A DNA stretch of 64,000 nt from the NCBI GenBank assembly GCA_023411795.1, contig JAEYOK010000027.1, forward strand, positions 62,609 to 126,608. The letters are read 5' to 3'. How positions within the stretch are numbered: position 1 is the stretch's first letter; each line of letters opens with the position of its first letter. A program made the translations under genes and the position numbers. The notes beneath the pieces were generated by a model. The model was given only the letters and a program-made list of their open reading frames with translations, was not told the DNA's origin and searched no databases. Below, one piece after another: positions 47,841-58,018 of the stretch. This stretch comes from Bacillota bacterium. GTDB taxonomy: Bacteria > Bacillota > Clostridia > DSM-8532.

Positions 47841-48734
47841 TTAAGATGAAGCACCTCGGCGCATCTTCCGTACCCATTCTATCATTTGTCTTGAGGCTAG
47901 AGCTCCTTGCCCTACAGCCACTGCTATCTGTTTAAAAACTCCTGTGCAATCACCTGCGGCATAGAGCCCCGGAATATTCGTTTCCATTTTATCGTTGACC
48001 TTTATTGATTTCCCTTCAGTCGCAATCCCCATTTTGAGGGCAAAGCTGGTTGATGATGCACTTCCGTAGGCCACAAAAAGCCCCTGAAGACCATCACGAC
48101 TTCCATCTTCAAAGATAATTCCTTCTATGGTTTCCTGTCCGTCTAGTTCTTTGATTTTAGCATCATTAATTTTTACCTTTGACAAGGAATCCTTGAGACT
48201 ATCTGAAATATTTAGTGGCATCCCATTTGTATAAAGTGTTATATCATTTGTAAAAGCCAACAGCTCTAAGGCTTCGTGAATTGCATAATCAGTGTAACCT
48301 AATACCCCAACCTTCTTGTTGCGGTAGAAAAAGCCGTCACATGTGGTACAGTAGCTTACTCCGCTACCCTCAAAGCGGTCCAGTTTCTTTACAGGAGCCT
48401 TAACAACAGGCGCTCCTGTTGATAAAAGCACTGTTTTGGCCTCATATTCTCCGTTTACACAAATAACCTTAAAGTTATCGTTTTTCTCTATGCCGACCAC
48501 TTCATCTTCAACTATCTCTGCGCCCAGCCTAAGAGCTTGTTTTTCTCCTAGTTCAAGAAGCTCTTTCCCGCCTACCGGGTTCTCAAATCCATAATAGTTA
48601 TCTATTTTATCTGCCTTTAAAAGCATGCTGTCTTTTTTCCCGATTACCAGGGTCTTTAAGTTCCCCCTAATGGTGTAGATGGCACAGGATATTCCCGCAG
48701 GCCCTCTACCAATAATAATTGCATCGTATACCAT
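47841..48734 (-). CDS. Thioredoxin-reductase-like flavoprotein lacking canonical NADPH-binding motifs
   Basis: FAD motif IIIGRGPAGISCA, redox CTTCDG and GLYAAGDC. The expected GGGxSA and HRRxxxR are replaced by VLGYTDYA and ...ITLYTNGMPL. Confidence 0.75.
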   Translation of the reverse strand: MVYDAIIIGRGPAGISCAIYTIRGNLKTLVIGKKDSMLLKADKIDNYYGFENPVGGKELLELGEKQALRLGAEIVEDEVVGIEKNDNFKVICVNGEYEAKTVLLSTGAPVVKAPVKKLDRFEGSGVSYCTTCDGFFYRNKKVGVLGYTDYAIHEALELLAFTNDITLYTNGMPLNISDSLKDSLSKVKINDAKIKELDGQETIEGIIFEDGSRDGLQGLFVAYGSASSTSFALKMGIATEGKSIKVNDKMETNIPGLYAAGDCTGVFKQIAVAVGQGALASRQMIEWVRKMRRGASS

Positions 48735-48933
48735 TGCAAGTCTCCTTTGAAAATCATATTAACTTAGCTTGTATTGATTATCTTGATGCTATATATTTTA
48801 CCCATATTGCTACAGGTTCAATTTAAAATATTTTATCACTTTTATTTGTAAATTGGATAGTTACAGTACCCCAGATATTGATATCCTATAGAGGTGCCAA
48901 TTCAACATACTAAGCGATATGGATTAAGGTAAC

Positions 48934-50721
48934 TCATTCAAACTGGGCGTTATAGAGCTGATTGTAAAATCCTCGCTTTTTCATTAATGATTCATGATTG
49001 CCCTGTTCCACAACATCCCCGTCCTTGATGACAAGAATATGATCAGCATTTTGTATGGTGGAGAGCCTATGCGCAATGACAAAGCACGTTTTATTCTTCA
49101 TGAGATTTCTCATGGCCTGTTGTATCTGCATTTCTGTTCTGGTATCCACATTTGAGGTTGCTTCATCAAGAATAAGCATCTTGGCATCGGTTAGCATAGC
49201 CCTTGCTATTGTAAGAAGCTGCTTCTGGCCTTTTGAAATATTTATCCCATCCTCACGCAGTATAGTATTATAGCCATCGGGCAGACGCCTTATATATGAA
49301 TGTATTTTTGCTGATTTAGCAGCCTCAATAACTTCCTCCATAGTCGCATCTTTTTTACCATAGGCAATATTCTCAAAAAAGGTTCCTTCAAAAAGCCATG
49401 TATCCTGAAGAACCATAGCATAAGATTTTCTTAGGCTCTCTCGTGTGACCTCTTCAATATTGTGATTGTCTACAGTTATTTCTCCCTTATCAGGGTCGTA
49501 GAAACGCATCAGTAGATTAATCAGGGTTGTTTTTCCCGCTCCGGTCGGTCCGACAATAGCGGTGAGGGAACCGGGCTTTGCATGAATACTTAAATGATGT
49601 ATGATTTCTTTGTCTTTGGTATATCCGAAGCTGACGTCCTTCATTCTTACATCGCCGGAAGTTACATTAAGGTTAGTGGCATTAGGTATATCAGCTTTTT
49701 CTTCCGGCTCATCCAATAGTTGAAATACTCTGTCAGCAGCGGCTAAAGCGGATTGTAGTTCTGTCATTATATTTGCCGCCTCATTAATAGGCCCTGAAAA
49801 TTTTCTTGAATAAAGCACAAAGGATGAAATGTTCCCGAGGCTCATCTTGCCTTTAATAAACAAAATTGCACCTATGGCACTAATCAGGGAAAGGGATACA
49901 TTATTGATGAAATTTATAGACGGTCCATTAAAGCCTCCCAAAAAATCAGCATTGTAGTAAGCATCAACGGCTTCTTTGTTTTTCTCGTCAAACTTATTGA
50001 TAGTGAACTCTTCTCTGTTATATGCCTTTATAGTCTTTTGTCCTGTTATCATTTCCTCAACAAAGCCATTCATTTCTCCAAGCTTCGCTGACCTTTTATG
50101 AAAAAGTGGCCTTGTCTTCTTTATCATCCATCTTGATAGAAAAATAGAGAGAGGTATTGTAATTGTAAATATCAAACACAGTACCGGAGATATGGTAAGC
50201 ATCATAAGAAACGAGCCAATAACAGTTATTGTGCTAGCAAATACCTGAATTAAGTCATTGGAAAGTGAAGTGTTAATAGTATCAATATCGTATGAAATTT
50301 TGCTTATAATATCACCTGTTTGATGGGTGTCAAAATACCAAACCGGTACTCTCATAAGCTTTTTGAAAACATCCTGTCTCATTTGGAATACAACCTTGCG
50401 GCTGATATGAATCATTAATCTGGCAAGTCCGTAAGACATCAAAAAAGATATAACATAAAAAAACAACATCAATAAGACATAGTAGAAGACTGAATTAAAA
50501 TCTACTTTCCCCGTACCCAGCTTCATGCTATCCACTGCAAGGCCTGAAAGCTTAGGGCCTACCAGAGAAAACATATTTCCTCCAATGGTGAGTATCAGTG
50601 CAAATAGCAATAGAAACTTATACTTTGCAAGATAGGCACCAAGGCGAATAATTACCTGCTTCTTTGTATTTTTCATTTTTGATAAATCATATATTGAGGA
50701 CCCTCGTGGCCTAGCTGACAT
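48934..50721 (-). CDS. ABC transporter permease/ATP-binding protein (type I exporter half-transporter)
   Basis: Six-TM N-terminal domain. Walker A GPTGAGKTT, signature ISKGQKQ and Walker B LILDEATS. Confidence 0.9.
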   Translation of the reverse strand: MSARPRGSSIYDLSKMKNTKKQVIIRLGAYLAKYKFLLLFALILTIGGNMFSLVGPKLSGLAVDSMKLGTGKVDFNSVFYYVLLMLFFYVISFLMSYGLARLMIHISRKVVFQMRQDVFKKLMRVPVWYFDTHQTGDIISKISYDIDTINTSLSNDLIQVFASTITVIGSFLMMLTISPVLCLIFTITIPLSIFLSRWMIKKTRPLFHKRSAKLGEMNGFVEEMITGQKTIKAYNREEFTINKFDEKNKEAVDAYYNADFLGGFNGPSINFINNVSLSLISAIGAILFIKGKMSLGNISSFVLYSRKFSGPINEAANIMTELQSALAAADRVFQLLDEPEEKADIPNATNLNVTSGDVRMKDVSFGYTKDKEIIHHLSIHAKPGSLTAIVGPTGAGKTTLINLLMRFYDPDKGEITVDNHNIEEVTRESLRKSYAMVLQDTWLFEGTFFENIAYGKKDATMEEVIEAAKSAKIHSYIRRLPDGYNTILREDGINISKGQKQLLTIARAMLTDAKMLILDEATSNVDTRTEMQIQQAMRNLMKNKTCFVIAHRLSTIQNADHILVIKDGDVVEQGNHESLMKKRGFYNQLYNAQFE

Positions 50722-52474
50722 AATTCCTGTCCCCCATCTGCATCCTGCTTATTTCTTCGTAAACCTCACAGTTTACTAATAGTTCCTCGTGAGTACCATA
50801 GCCGATTTGTTCGCCATCCTCCAAAACCAGAATATGATCCAGAGACATAACTGAACTGACCCTCTGAGCGATAATAATCTTAGTGGTTATATCAAAATTT
50901 TCGTTAAGTGTTTTTCTTATCATTGCATCGGTTTTATAGTCCAAGGCACTTGAGGAATCATCTAAAATAAGAATCTCAGGTCTTCCGGCTAATGCCCGTG
51001 AAATCAACAGACGCTGTTTCTGTCCTCCGCTTAGATTAGCTCCTTTTATCGACAGGTCAGAATGATAGGATTCAGGCCGGATAGTTATAAATTCTTTCGC
51101 CATAGCATATTCTGAAGCTTCTATGATCTCTTCCTCTGACAGCTCCCGACCGAAACGAATGTTTTCAAAAATCGTATCTTCAAATAAAATATCATTTTGA
51201 AGTGCAACTCCGAACATCCTGCGAAGTTCACCTTTATCTATCGTTTTTATTGGCCTTGTGTTAATTCTGATTTCTCCTTTTTGTGTATCATAAAAACGCA
51301 TTAAAAGATTAATTATCGTTGTTTTACCCGAACCTGTCGAACCTATTATTCCCAGTGATTCCCCTCGCTTGAGCTTAAAATTTATATTGCTTATATTATC
51401 TTCCTTATCCTCATCCGTATCTTTATTGTATCTAAATGATACATTATCAAATTCTATATGATATTCCGGATTTTTTTCGCTCTTTTGCCTTACCTCTGAC
51501 TCAGTATATGGCTCTTCGATAACCACAAGGTCCTCCTCAGCATTTAAGATCTCTTCTATTCGATTGGCTGATGCCATAGCTTTCGAATAAGCAGTAAAAA
51601 TTCTGGTTACAGCCAGCATAGCATTTAAGATTATTATGAAGTAACTTAAAAAAGCGATAATTTTTCCGACCTCAGTTAGACCGGAATTTACCCGATAGCC
51701 GCCTATTATAATTATTACTACCAGACCGATGTTCAAAAGCAGCGTTATCGTTGGGTTTGCTGCTGCCATAGTAGTGCCTGCTTTCAGCTCTGTCTTTGTT
51801 GCATCTTTATTTATTCTTGTAAAGCCTTCAGCTTCGAAAGATTCCTGTGACAGAGCTTTGATTACCCGAATGCCACTGATATCCTCTCTTAGTTTCCTAA
51901 CCATGTTGTCAATTTTTGTTTGAAGTTGAGTAAAAAGAGGAATCCCTTTTTTAGATACAAAATAGACTACTGCTGTGATAAATGGCATTATACCAACCAT
52001 TACCAATGTGAGTACCGGATCAAGGGTAAGGGTTACAATGATTCCACCAAGTAATAAAATAGGGGCACGTACACCCATACGCTGCATCATACCAAGCATA
52101 TGGTGAACATTATAAGTGTCGGAAGTCATCCGTGAAATCAGGGTAGGCACAGAATAGTTATCTACCTGCTTGCTCGATAGATAACATATTTTTTTAAACA
52201 GGTCATGCCTTATAACTTTTGTAATATCCCTCGCAACACTTGCAGCTAACGCATTCGCAACTATGTTTCCTGTAACTGCAAGTACGGAAAAAAGTAGCAT
52301 CAAGGCACCCCAAAGCAGCACTTTTTCAATATCCTTAAGTGGGATAATCTCGTCAATAATATGGGCGAGAACCCACGGAATCAATAAATCCATTATTGTT
52401 CCGAGAAATTTGATTATAAACCCATAGGACATTCTTAAAATATATGGTTTTAAATACTTTAAAATCGTTTTCAT
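50711..52474 (-). CDS. ABC transporter permease/ATP-binding protein (partner half-transporter)
   Basis: TM domain plus GSTGSGKTT, LSGGQKQR and LILDDSSS. Overlaps the downstream partner by 11 nt. Confidence 0.9.
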   Translation of the reverse strand: MKTILKYLKPYILRMSYGFIIKFLGTIMDLLIPWVLAHIIDEIIPLKDIEKVLLWGALMLLFSVLAVTGNIVANALAASVARDITKVIRHDLFKKICYLSSKQVDNYSVPTLISRMTSDTYNVHHMLGMMQRMGVRAPILLLGGIIVTLTLDPVLTLVMVGIMPFITAVVYFVSKKGIPLFTQLQTKIDNMVRKLREDISGIRVIKALSQESFEAEGFTRINKDATKTELKAGTTMAAANPTITLLLNIGLVVIIIIGGYRVNSGLTEVGKIIAFLSYFIIILNAMLAVTRIFTAYSKAMASANRIEEILNAEEDLVVIEEPYTESEVRQKSEKNPEYHIEFDNVSFRYNKDTDEDKEDNISNINFKLKRGESLGIIGSTGSGKTTIINLLMRFYDTQKGEIRINTRPIKTIDKGELRRMFGVALQNDILFEDTIFENIRFGRELSEEEIIEASEYAMAKEFITIRPESYHSDLSIKGANLSGGQKQRLLISRALAGRPEILILDDSSSALDYKTDAMIRKTLNENFDITTKIIIAQRVSSVMSLDHILVLEDGEQIGYGTHEELLVNCEVYEEISRMQMGDRNYVS

Positions 52475-52660
52475 TGCTGCCTTCTCTTTTTTTTACTATT
52501 GTTTCTGCCCTATAAATTATACCAGAACTTTTTAATTGTTTATATCGAACTGATTAGTTCCTGATTAAAAAGTATCATATATTGCTGATCTTGACTTATT
52601 GTTTGAGATTGTTTGGAATATTTCTATATTTTATTGCAAATCTATAATAATCAGTATATA

Positions 52661-52683
52661 CTTATTAATATCATATTAATAAG
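52661..52683. promoter_or_regulatory. Perfect 11-1-11 palindrome just upstream of xylB start (candidate operator)
   Basis: CTTATTAATAT-c-ATATTAATAAG, 14 nt upstream of the xylB ATG. A possible TTGCAA-N17-TATACT promoter (52634-52662) overlaps it. Confidence 0.4.
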
Positions 52684-52696
52684 TTGGTGTTGGATT

Positions 52697-54229
52697 ATGG
52701 CTTTTCTACTTGGAATTGATATTGGTACATCTGGTACCAAAACTGTTCTTTTTGATGAATCCGGACATGTAATTGCTTCTGACACTCAGGAATACCCCCT
52801 TTACCAGCCTAAAAACGGATGGGCGGAGCAAAGCCCTGAAGACTGGTTTGATGCGACACAAAAATCAATAAAAAATGTACTGGGAAAAAGCCAAGTTGAC
52901 CCCAAGGCCATAAAAGGCGTCGGGCTATCAGGTCAAATGCATGGACTTGTGCTTTTAGATGCCGAGGATAAAGTTCTCAGAAAGTCTATAATATGGTGTG
53001 ACCAGCGCAGTACCCTTGAATGTGGCCAGATAACCTCTCTTGTCGGCTCAGAACGACTTATTGAAATAACAGCAAACCCTGCTTTACCCGCTTTTACAGC
53101 CTCAAAAGTAAAGTGGGTCATGAACAACGAGCCTGAGATTTACCAAAAAGCAAAAAGAATTTTACTTCCTAAAGATTACATAAGATTTTGTCTCACCGGT
53201 GAATATGCCACAGAGGTTTCTGATGCAAGCGGTATGCAGCTTCTTGATATATCAAAGAGACAGTGGAGCGATGAGGTTCTTACTAAATTAAGCATAGATA
53301 AATCCATGCTCGGAAAAGTCTATGAATCACAGGAAGTGACCGGTGTAATCAGTAAAAAAGCATCTCAATTAACCGGTCTTGCGCAAGGAACACCGGTTGT
53401 GGGAGGCGGCGGCGACCAAGCAGCAGGTGCAATTGGCAATGGCATTGTCAGACCAGGTATTATCTCATCAGTTATCGGTACATCAGGTGTTGTCTTTGCC
53501 TATACAGATAAAGTCCATATCGATCCAATGGGTCGAGTCCAAACATTCTGCCATGCTATTCCGAACACCTGGCATATCATGGGGGTTACACAGGCTGCAG
53601 GTTTATCTCTTCAATGGTTCAGAAACAACTTCTGTCATGATGAAATGTCAACAGCTGATTTAACCGGGAGAGATGTCTATGCACTGATGGATGAAGCGGC
53701 TGAAAAATCGGGTTTGGGTGCCGGTGGTTTAATATATCTTCCATATCTTATGGGTGAAAGAACTCCTCATCTTGATCCTGATTGCAGAGGTGTTTTCTTC
53801 GGTGTGTCTGCTAAGCATAGTAAACGTGACTTCATTCGTGCTGTGATGGAAGGTGTGGCCTTCAGCCTTAAAAATTGCCTCGACATCATTGATAAACTGG
53901 GCATCCCTATTAATGAAGTACGTGCTTCCGGAGGTGGCGGTCGAAGTCCTCTTTGGAGACAAATTCAGGCTGATCTTTTCGGAACACCCATAGCTACTGT
54001 CAATTCCAGTGAAGGACCGGCCCTTGGTGTTGCTTTACTGGCCGGAGTCGGTGCCGGTATATATAGCAGCGTACCTGAGGCCTGTGATCAAGCAGTCTGC
54101 ACAACAATGAAACTAGATTATGATACTGCTAACCATGAGTTATATAAGAATTCCTACAAGCTATATAACAGCATTTACCAGTCACTTAAAAAGGACTTTT
54201 CCTCCTTAGCAGTATTACAAAATCGTTAA
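52697..54229 (+). CDS. xylB: Xylulokinase
   Basis: MAFLLGIDIGTSGTKTVLF, GLSGQMHG and GGGDQAAGAIG are FGGY-kinase motifs. The start at 52697 is used; the track ORF extension is an AT-rich leader. Confidence 0.9.
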   Translation: MAFLLGIDIGTSGTKTVLFDESGHVIASDTQEYPLYQPKNGWAEQSPEDWFDATQKSIKNVLGKSQVDPKAIKGVGLSGQMHGLVLLDAEDKVLRKSIIWCDQRSTLECGQITSLVGSERLIEITANPALPAFTASKVKWVMNNEPEIYQKAKRILLPKDYIRFCLTGEYATEVSDASGMQLLDISKRQWSDEVLTKLSIDKSMLGKVYESQEVTGVISKKASQLTGLAQGTPVVGGGGDQAAGAIGNGIVRPGIISSVIGTSGVVFAYTDKVHIDPMGRVQTFCHAIPNTWHIMGVTQAAGLSLQWFRNNFCHDEMSTADLTGRDVYALMDEAAEKSGLGAGGLIYLPYLMGERTPHLDPDCRGVFFGVSAKHSKRDFIRAVMEGVAFSLKNCLDIIDKLGIPINEVRASGGGGRSPLWRQIQADLFGTPIATVNSSEGPALGVALLAGVGAGIYSSVPEACDQAVCTTMKLDYDTANHELYKNSYKLYNSIYQSLKKDFSSLAVLQNR

Positions 54230-54239
54230 GAGGTAAGCA

Positions 54240-55424
54240 ATGACAACAGGCCGAATCGGAAACAATAAATACTTAAAAAAATTAAACAAAACAATTATCC
54301 TTGACCTGATCAGAACAAATAAAGGCATTTCGCGAAAAGCACTGGCTGATATGACCGGGCTTTCCCCGACAGCAACAGGCCAAATAGTACGTGCACTATT
54401 AGAAGAAGAGTATATATGCGAAGTCGGAGAAGATGATTCGTCAGGTGGAAGAAGGCCTATGATGCTTGAGCTTAATCCCGCTTCGTACTATGCATTTGGG
54501 TTTGATATCGATTCAAAATATGTCTATACAGTACTTTTGGATATTACGGGGAAAACTTGCTACGAAAAAAAAGAAGAATTTGAAAACAACTTAACCCCGG
54601 AAGAGTTTATCACTGTTGTTTCAAAAACATATGAACAGATTACTAAGAAACTTAAACTGAGGAATGATCGTATTATTGGCGCAGGCATATCCATACCGGG
54701 AATGCTTGAACTCCCTACACAAAAAATATTACTCGCACCTAACCTAGGTTGGTCCCAGGTTGATATTAAAAGCAGATTGACTGACCTTCTGAATATTCCG
54801 GTCCTTATAGATAACGAAGCTATCTGTTCATCAAATTGTGAGGATTGGCTGGGAACCTACAGGGATAGAGAAAATTTTATATGTATTAATATTGATTCAG
54901 GTATTGGTGCCGGTCTATTTGTTAGAGGTGCAATATACAAAGGTCACTCCGGGAGTGCCGGTGAAATAGGACACATCCCAATGGAAGGAAATAGCATCAG
55001 GTGTAAATGCGGAAAAATCGGGTGTCTAGAAACCATTTCATCGGTTAATGCAATGGTTTCTAGGTATAAGCAAATCAAAGACATAGATCACGATACAAAA
55101 GGTTATGAAGCCACTTTGGATTGTTTGATTAATGGTGCTGAGGCAGGTGACACAGCATGTATGAGTATTTTTAAAGATGCTGCAGTGAGTCTTGGGAAGG
55201 TTATCAGTTACTTAATCAATATATTTAACCCCCAGGAGATTATTCTGGGTAAGAAGTTTTCCCAATACTCTGGTTTTATGCTTGATGAAATCAGACAGAC
55301 AGTTAAAAAGACAGCCTTGGCCTACCCACTTTGCAATTGCCAAGTCCTTGCATCTACTTTCGGAGAGGATTCATCAGCTTTAGGAGCTGCCACTTTACCC
55401 ATTAGAAAACTCTTCGGACATTGA
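54240..55424 (+). CDS. xylR: ROK-family transcriptional regulator (XylR-like)
   Basis: N-terminal wHTH (ISRKALADMTGLSPTATGQIVRAL). ROK zinc motif GHIPMEGNSIRCKCGKIGCLE. Sits between xylB and xylA. Confidence 0.8.
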   Translation: MTTGRIGNNKYLKKLNKTIILDLIRTNKGISRKALADMTGLSPTATGQIVRALLEEEYICEVGEDDSSGGRRPMMLELNPASYYAFGFDIDSKYVYTVLLDITGKTCYEKKEEFENNLTPEEFITVVSKTYEQITKKLKLRNDRIIGAGISIPGMLELPTQKILLAPNLGWSQVDIKSRLTDLLNIPVLIDNEAICSSNCEDWLGTYRDRENFICINIDSGIGAGLFVRGAIYKGHSGSAGEIGHIPMEGNSIRCKCGKIGCLETISSVNAMVSRYKQIKDIDHDTKGYEATLDCLINGAEAGDTACMSIFKDAAVSLGKVISYLINIFNPQEIILGKKFSQYSGFMLDEIRQTVKKTALAYPLCNCQVLASTFGEDSSALGAATLPIRKLFGH

Positions 55425-55469
55425 CCCAGAAATATAAAATAAAATCTCATAACAGAGGAGGTTTTTGAT

Positions 55470-56795
55470 ATGTCTGAATTTTTTAAAGGAATCGGGAAGA
55501 TTCCTTACGAAGGAGCAGAGACCGATAATCCGCTTGCTTTCAGGTACTACAACCCCGATGAATTGATTGATGGTAAGCCGCTCAAGGATCATTTACGGTA
55601 TGCCGTTTCTTACTGGCATACCTTTCAGGGGCGTGGCGGCGATCTCTTCGGGCTTTCAGGAGCAGCAGAAAGATCCTGGGATACTATAAAAGATCCTATG
55701 GATTTAGCCTATGCAAAAATCGAAGCTAACTTTGAATTCTGCGAAAAGCTTGGCGTTCCATTCTTTTGTTTCCATGACAGGGATATAGCACCTGAGGCAG
55801 ATACCTTGGCTGAGACTAATAAGCGGTTGGATGAAATCGTTTCAAGAATCAAAGCACGTATGGAAAATAGTCCTGTAAAGCTACTATGGGGCACTACTAA
55901 CGCTTTCGGTCACAGGAGATTTACCCATGGTGCTGCCACCTCTAATCATGCCGATGTTTTTGCCTACGCAGCTTCCCAGGTAAAAAAGGCAATGGAAATA
56001 ACGCTAGAATTAGGCGGGCAAAACTACGTATTCTGGGGTGGTCGAGAAGGTTATGAAACACTCCTTAATACTGATATGCAGCTGGAACTTGATAATCTGG
56101 CACGCTTTTTATCAATGGCTGTGGATTATGCAAAGGAAATCGGATTTACCGGCCAGTTCCTCATTGAACCAAAGCCCAAGGAACCCACCAAGCACCAATA
56201 TGATTTTGATGCGGCAACTGTTTTGGGCTTCTTAAAGCAAAATAATTTGGATCCCTATTTCAAGCTGAATATCGAAGCTAATCATGCTACTCTGGCACAG
56301 CATACTTTCCAGCACGACCTTAACGTAGCCCGCATAAATAATGCACTTGGCAGTATAGATGCAAATCAGGGTGATCCACTCCTTGGATGGGATACAGACC
56401 AGTTCCCTACAAACCTATATGACACAACTCTGGCTATGTTTGAAGTAATCAAGATGGGCGGCTTTAACAAAGGCGGACTCAATTTTGACGCAAAGACAAG
56501 AAGAGCTTCCTTTGAGCCTGTTGATCTTTTCTATGGACATATAGCAGGCATGGATGCCTTTGCCAAAGGCTTCAAGATTGCCTACAAACTAGTCCAGGAC
56601 GGTGTTTTCGATAAGTTTGTTAAGGAACGTTATAGCAGCTATACACAAGGTATTGGAAAGGATATCGTTGATGGAGAAGTTGGATTCAAACAACTTGAGG
56701 CATATACTTTGAAAAACGGTGAGCCAAAGCTTTCATCAGGTCGCCAAGAATTACTGGAATCAATCCTTAACAAATACATATTAGAAACTAAGTGA
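55470..56795 (+). CDS. xylA: Xylose isomerase (class II)
   Basis: 441 aa with [32 protein letters not shown] and [11 protein letters not shown] motifs. Confidence 0.95.
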   Translation: MSEFFKGIGKIPYEGAETDNPLAFRYYNPDELIDGKPLKDHLRYAVSYWHTFQGRGGDLFGLSGAAERSWDTIKDPMDLAYAKIEANFEFCEKLGVPFFCFHDRDIAPEADTLAETNKRLDEIVSRIKARMENSPVKLLWGTTNAFGHRRFTHGAATSNHADVFAYAASQVKKAMEITLELGGQNYVFWGGREGYETLLNTDMQLELDNLARFLSMAVDYAKEIGFTGQFLIEPKPKEPTKHQYDFDAATVLGFLKQNNLDPYFKLNIEANHATLAQHTFQHDLNVARINNALGSIDANQGDPLLGWDTDQFPTNLYDTTLAMFEVIKMGGFNKGGLNFDAKTRRASFEPVDLFYGHIAGMDAFAKGFKIAYKLVQDGVFDKFVKERYSSYTQGIGKDIVDGEVGFKQLEAYTLKNGEPKLSSGRQELLESILNKYILETK

Positions 56796-57040
56796 TTTGT
56801 ATGTTTTGCAAGACCCTTTACGTCACACCGTGCAAAAACTAATCACTTTAATAAATTAATGCAGTTATAGCGGCTGTTGCCTGCAACGATTTAGCGCTCC
56901 GGGTCAACATCCTGTTTCTAGTCGCGCTCGCTCCGCATCCATGCTTCGCTTTAAATCGTACGCAAGCAAACCGCTTAATAAGAATAAATATTATATGGTA
57001 AAAGAGTTTTTGCGCAGTCTGACGTAGTAAGTTCTTTCTT

Positions 57041-58018
57041 TCAATCGCAGCGAAGGCATGGAAAATACCCATTTTCGGCTGCTTCAAAGGCATCGGAAAA
57101 GTGCATTATGCTATCCTTGTTAAAGCTGGGGTCTGATGAGACTGTATTTAAAAGATAATCACAATCAGTACGACAATAGGATAAGAGCCCCTGATAGGTA
57201 TAACCTATTATTGGGGCTTTTCTTATTACCCGGGCTCCTCCAAGGGCATAGTGTTGATAGCTTTTACCTGATAAAACAGGAAAGCCTTGAGCAATGACTA
57301 GTATACCCTCGTCAGTCGGTGCTCTCTTCCAGTCCGAGTCCTCAATTGACGGAAATTCGAGCCTTACATATAGACTTTTCCCTGATGCCCATTGATTATA
57401 TTGATTCATATATAAAGTGATTTCTTCCTGGATAGAATTCTTTATAGCTGCAATCCTCAAGTTTTCAAAGGTTTGATCGTTATTAAAGAATGAAATTCTG
57501 TCTTTATATTCTTTATATTCGCCTTGAGAAGCAATTTTATCAACTATGTCATAAACATAGACTTTGTTTTCAAGGGTATATCTGATACAGTACCTGTCTG
57601 ATAAAAGCTCGCCGGCATAATACTGTATAGGGAACCAGATATGCTTAACCTCAGTCTGCCCGGTAGTGTTTTTGTATGGATTTAATGCATATAGAGAAAA
57701 CCCCTCCCTCTCTAAAAAGATCAATACAGGAACACATGCGTCTATCCTGGCTTTTCTTGAGGAACTGGTATAGGAATTAAATGAGTAATAAAGGGTATCA
57801 AAGAAGGCTTCCGTTGCAGTTTCCTTAGCCTTCGACATTTCACTGAATCCTTTTTGGGAAAGAATCAAAGCCGCATCCTGAATTGCGTTATCTATAATAT
57901 TGTCATAATAAGTTCGCAGCCTTTGATCTTCTATAGCCGTTTTTGAGGATTGTGAGCTTAAAAAAAGGAAGGGGGAAATAATTATGGTAAAAATAATGGC
58001 TAGACTAGTAAGCTTCAT
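57041..58018 (-). CDS. Hypothetical bitopic protein, last gene of Tad-like operon (325 aa)
   Basis: Single N-terminal hydrophobic helix LAIIFTIIISPFLFL. RBS GGGGGA. 14-nt overlap with the upstream gene. C-terminal CLRC. Confidence 0.55.
   Translation of the reverse strand: MKLTSLAIIFTIIISPFLFLSSQSSKTAIEDQRLRTYYDNIIDNAIQDAALILSQKGFSEMSKAKETATEAFFDTLYYSFNSYTSSSRKARIDACVPVLIFLEREGFSLYALNPYKNTTGQTEVKHIWFPIQYYAGELLSDRYCIRYTLENKVYVYDIVDKIASQGEYKEYKDRISFFNNDQTFENLRIAAIKNSIQEEITLYMNQYNQWASGKSLYVRLEFPSIEDSDWKRAPTDEGILVIAQGFPVLSGKSYQHYALGGARVIRKAPIIGYTYQGLLSYCRTDCDYLLNTVSSDPSFNKDSIMHFSDAFEAAENGYFPCLRCD

Noticed and set aside
52613-52696. 28-aa N-terminal extension of xylB (MEYFYILLQIYNN...)
   Set aside because: It is the translation of an AT-rich promoter/operator region. 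FGGY kinases begin close to the GIDIGTSG motif.
56848-57093. 81-aa ORF across the GC-rich element
   Set aside because: It overlaps the 3' end of the 325-aa gene out of frame. It is Arg/Ala-rich as expected from a GC-rich non-coding stretch, and it has no RBS.
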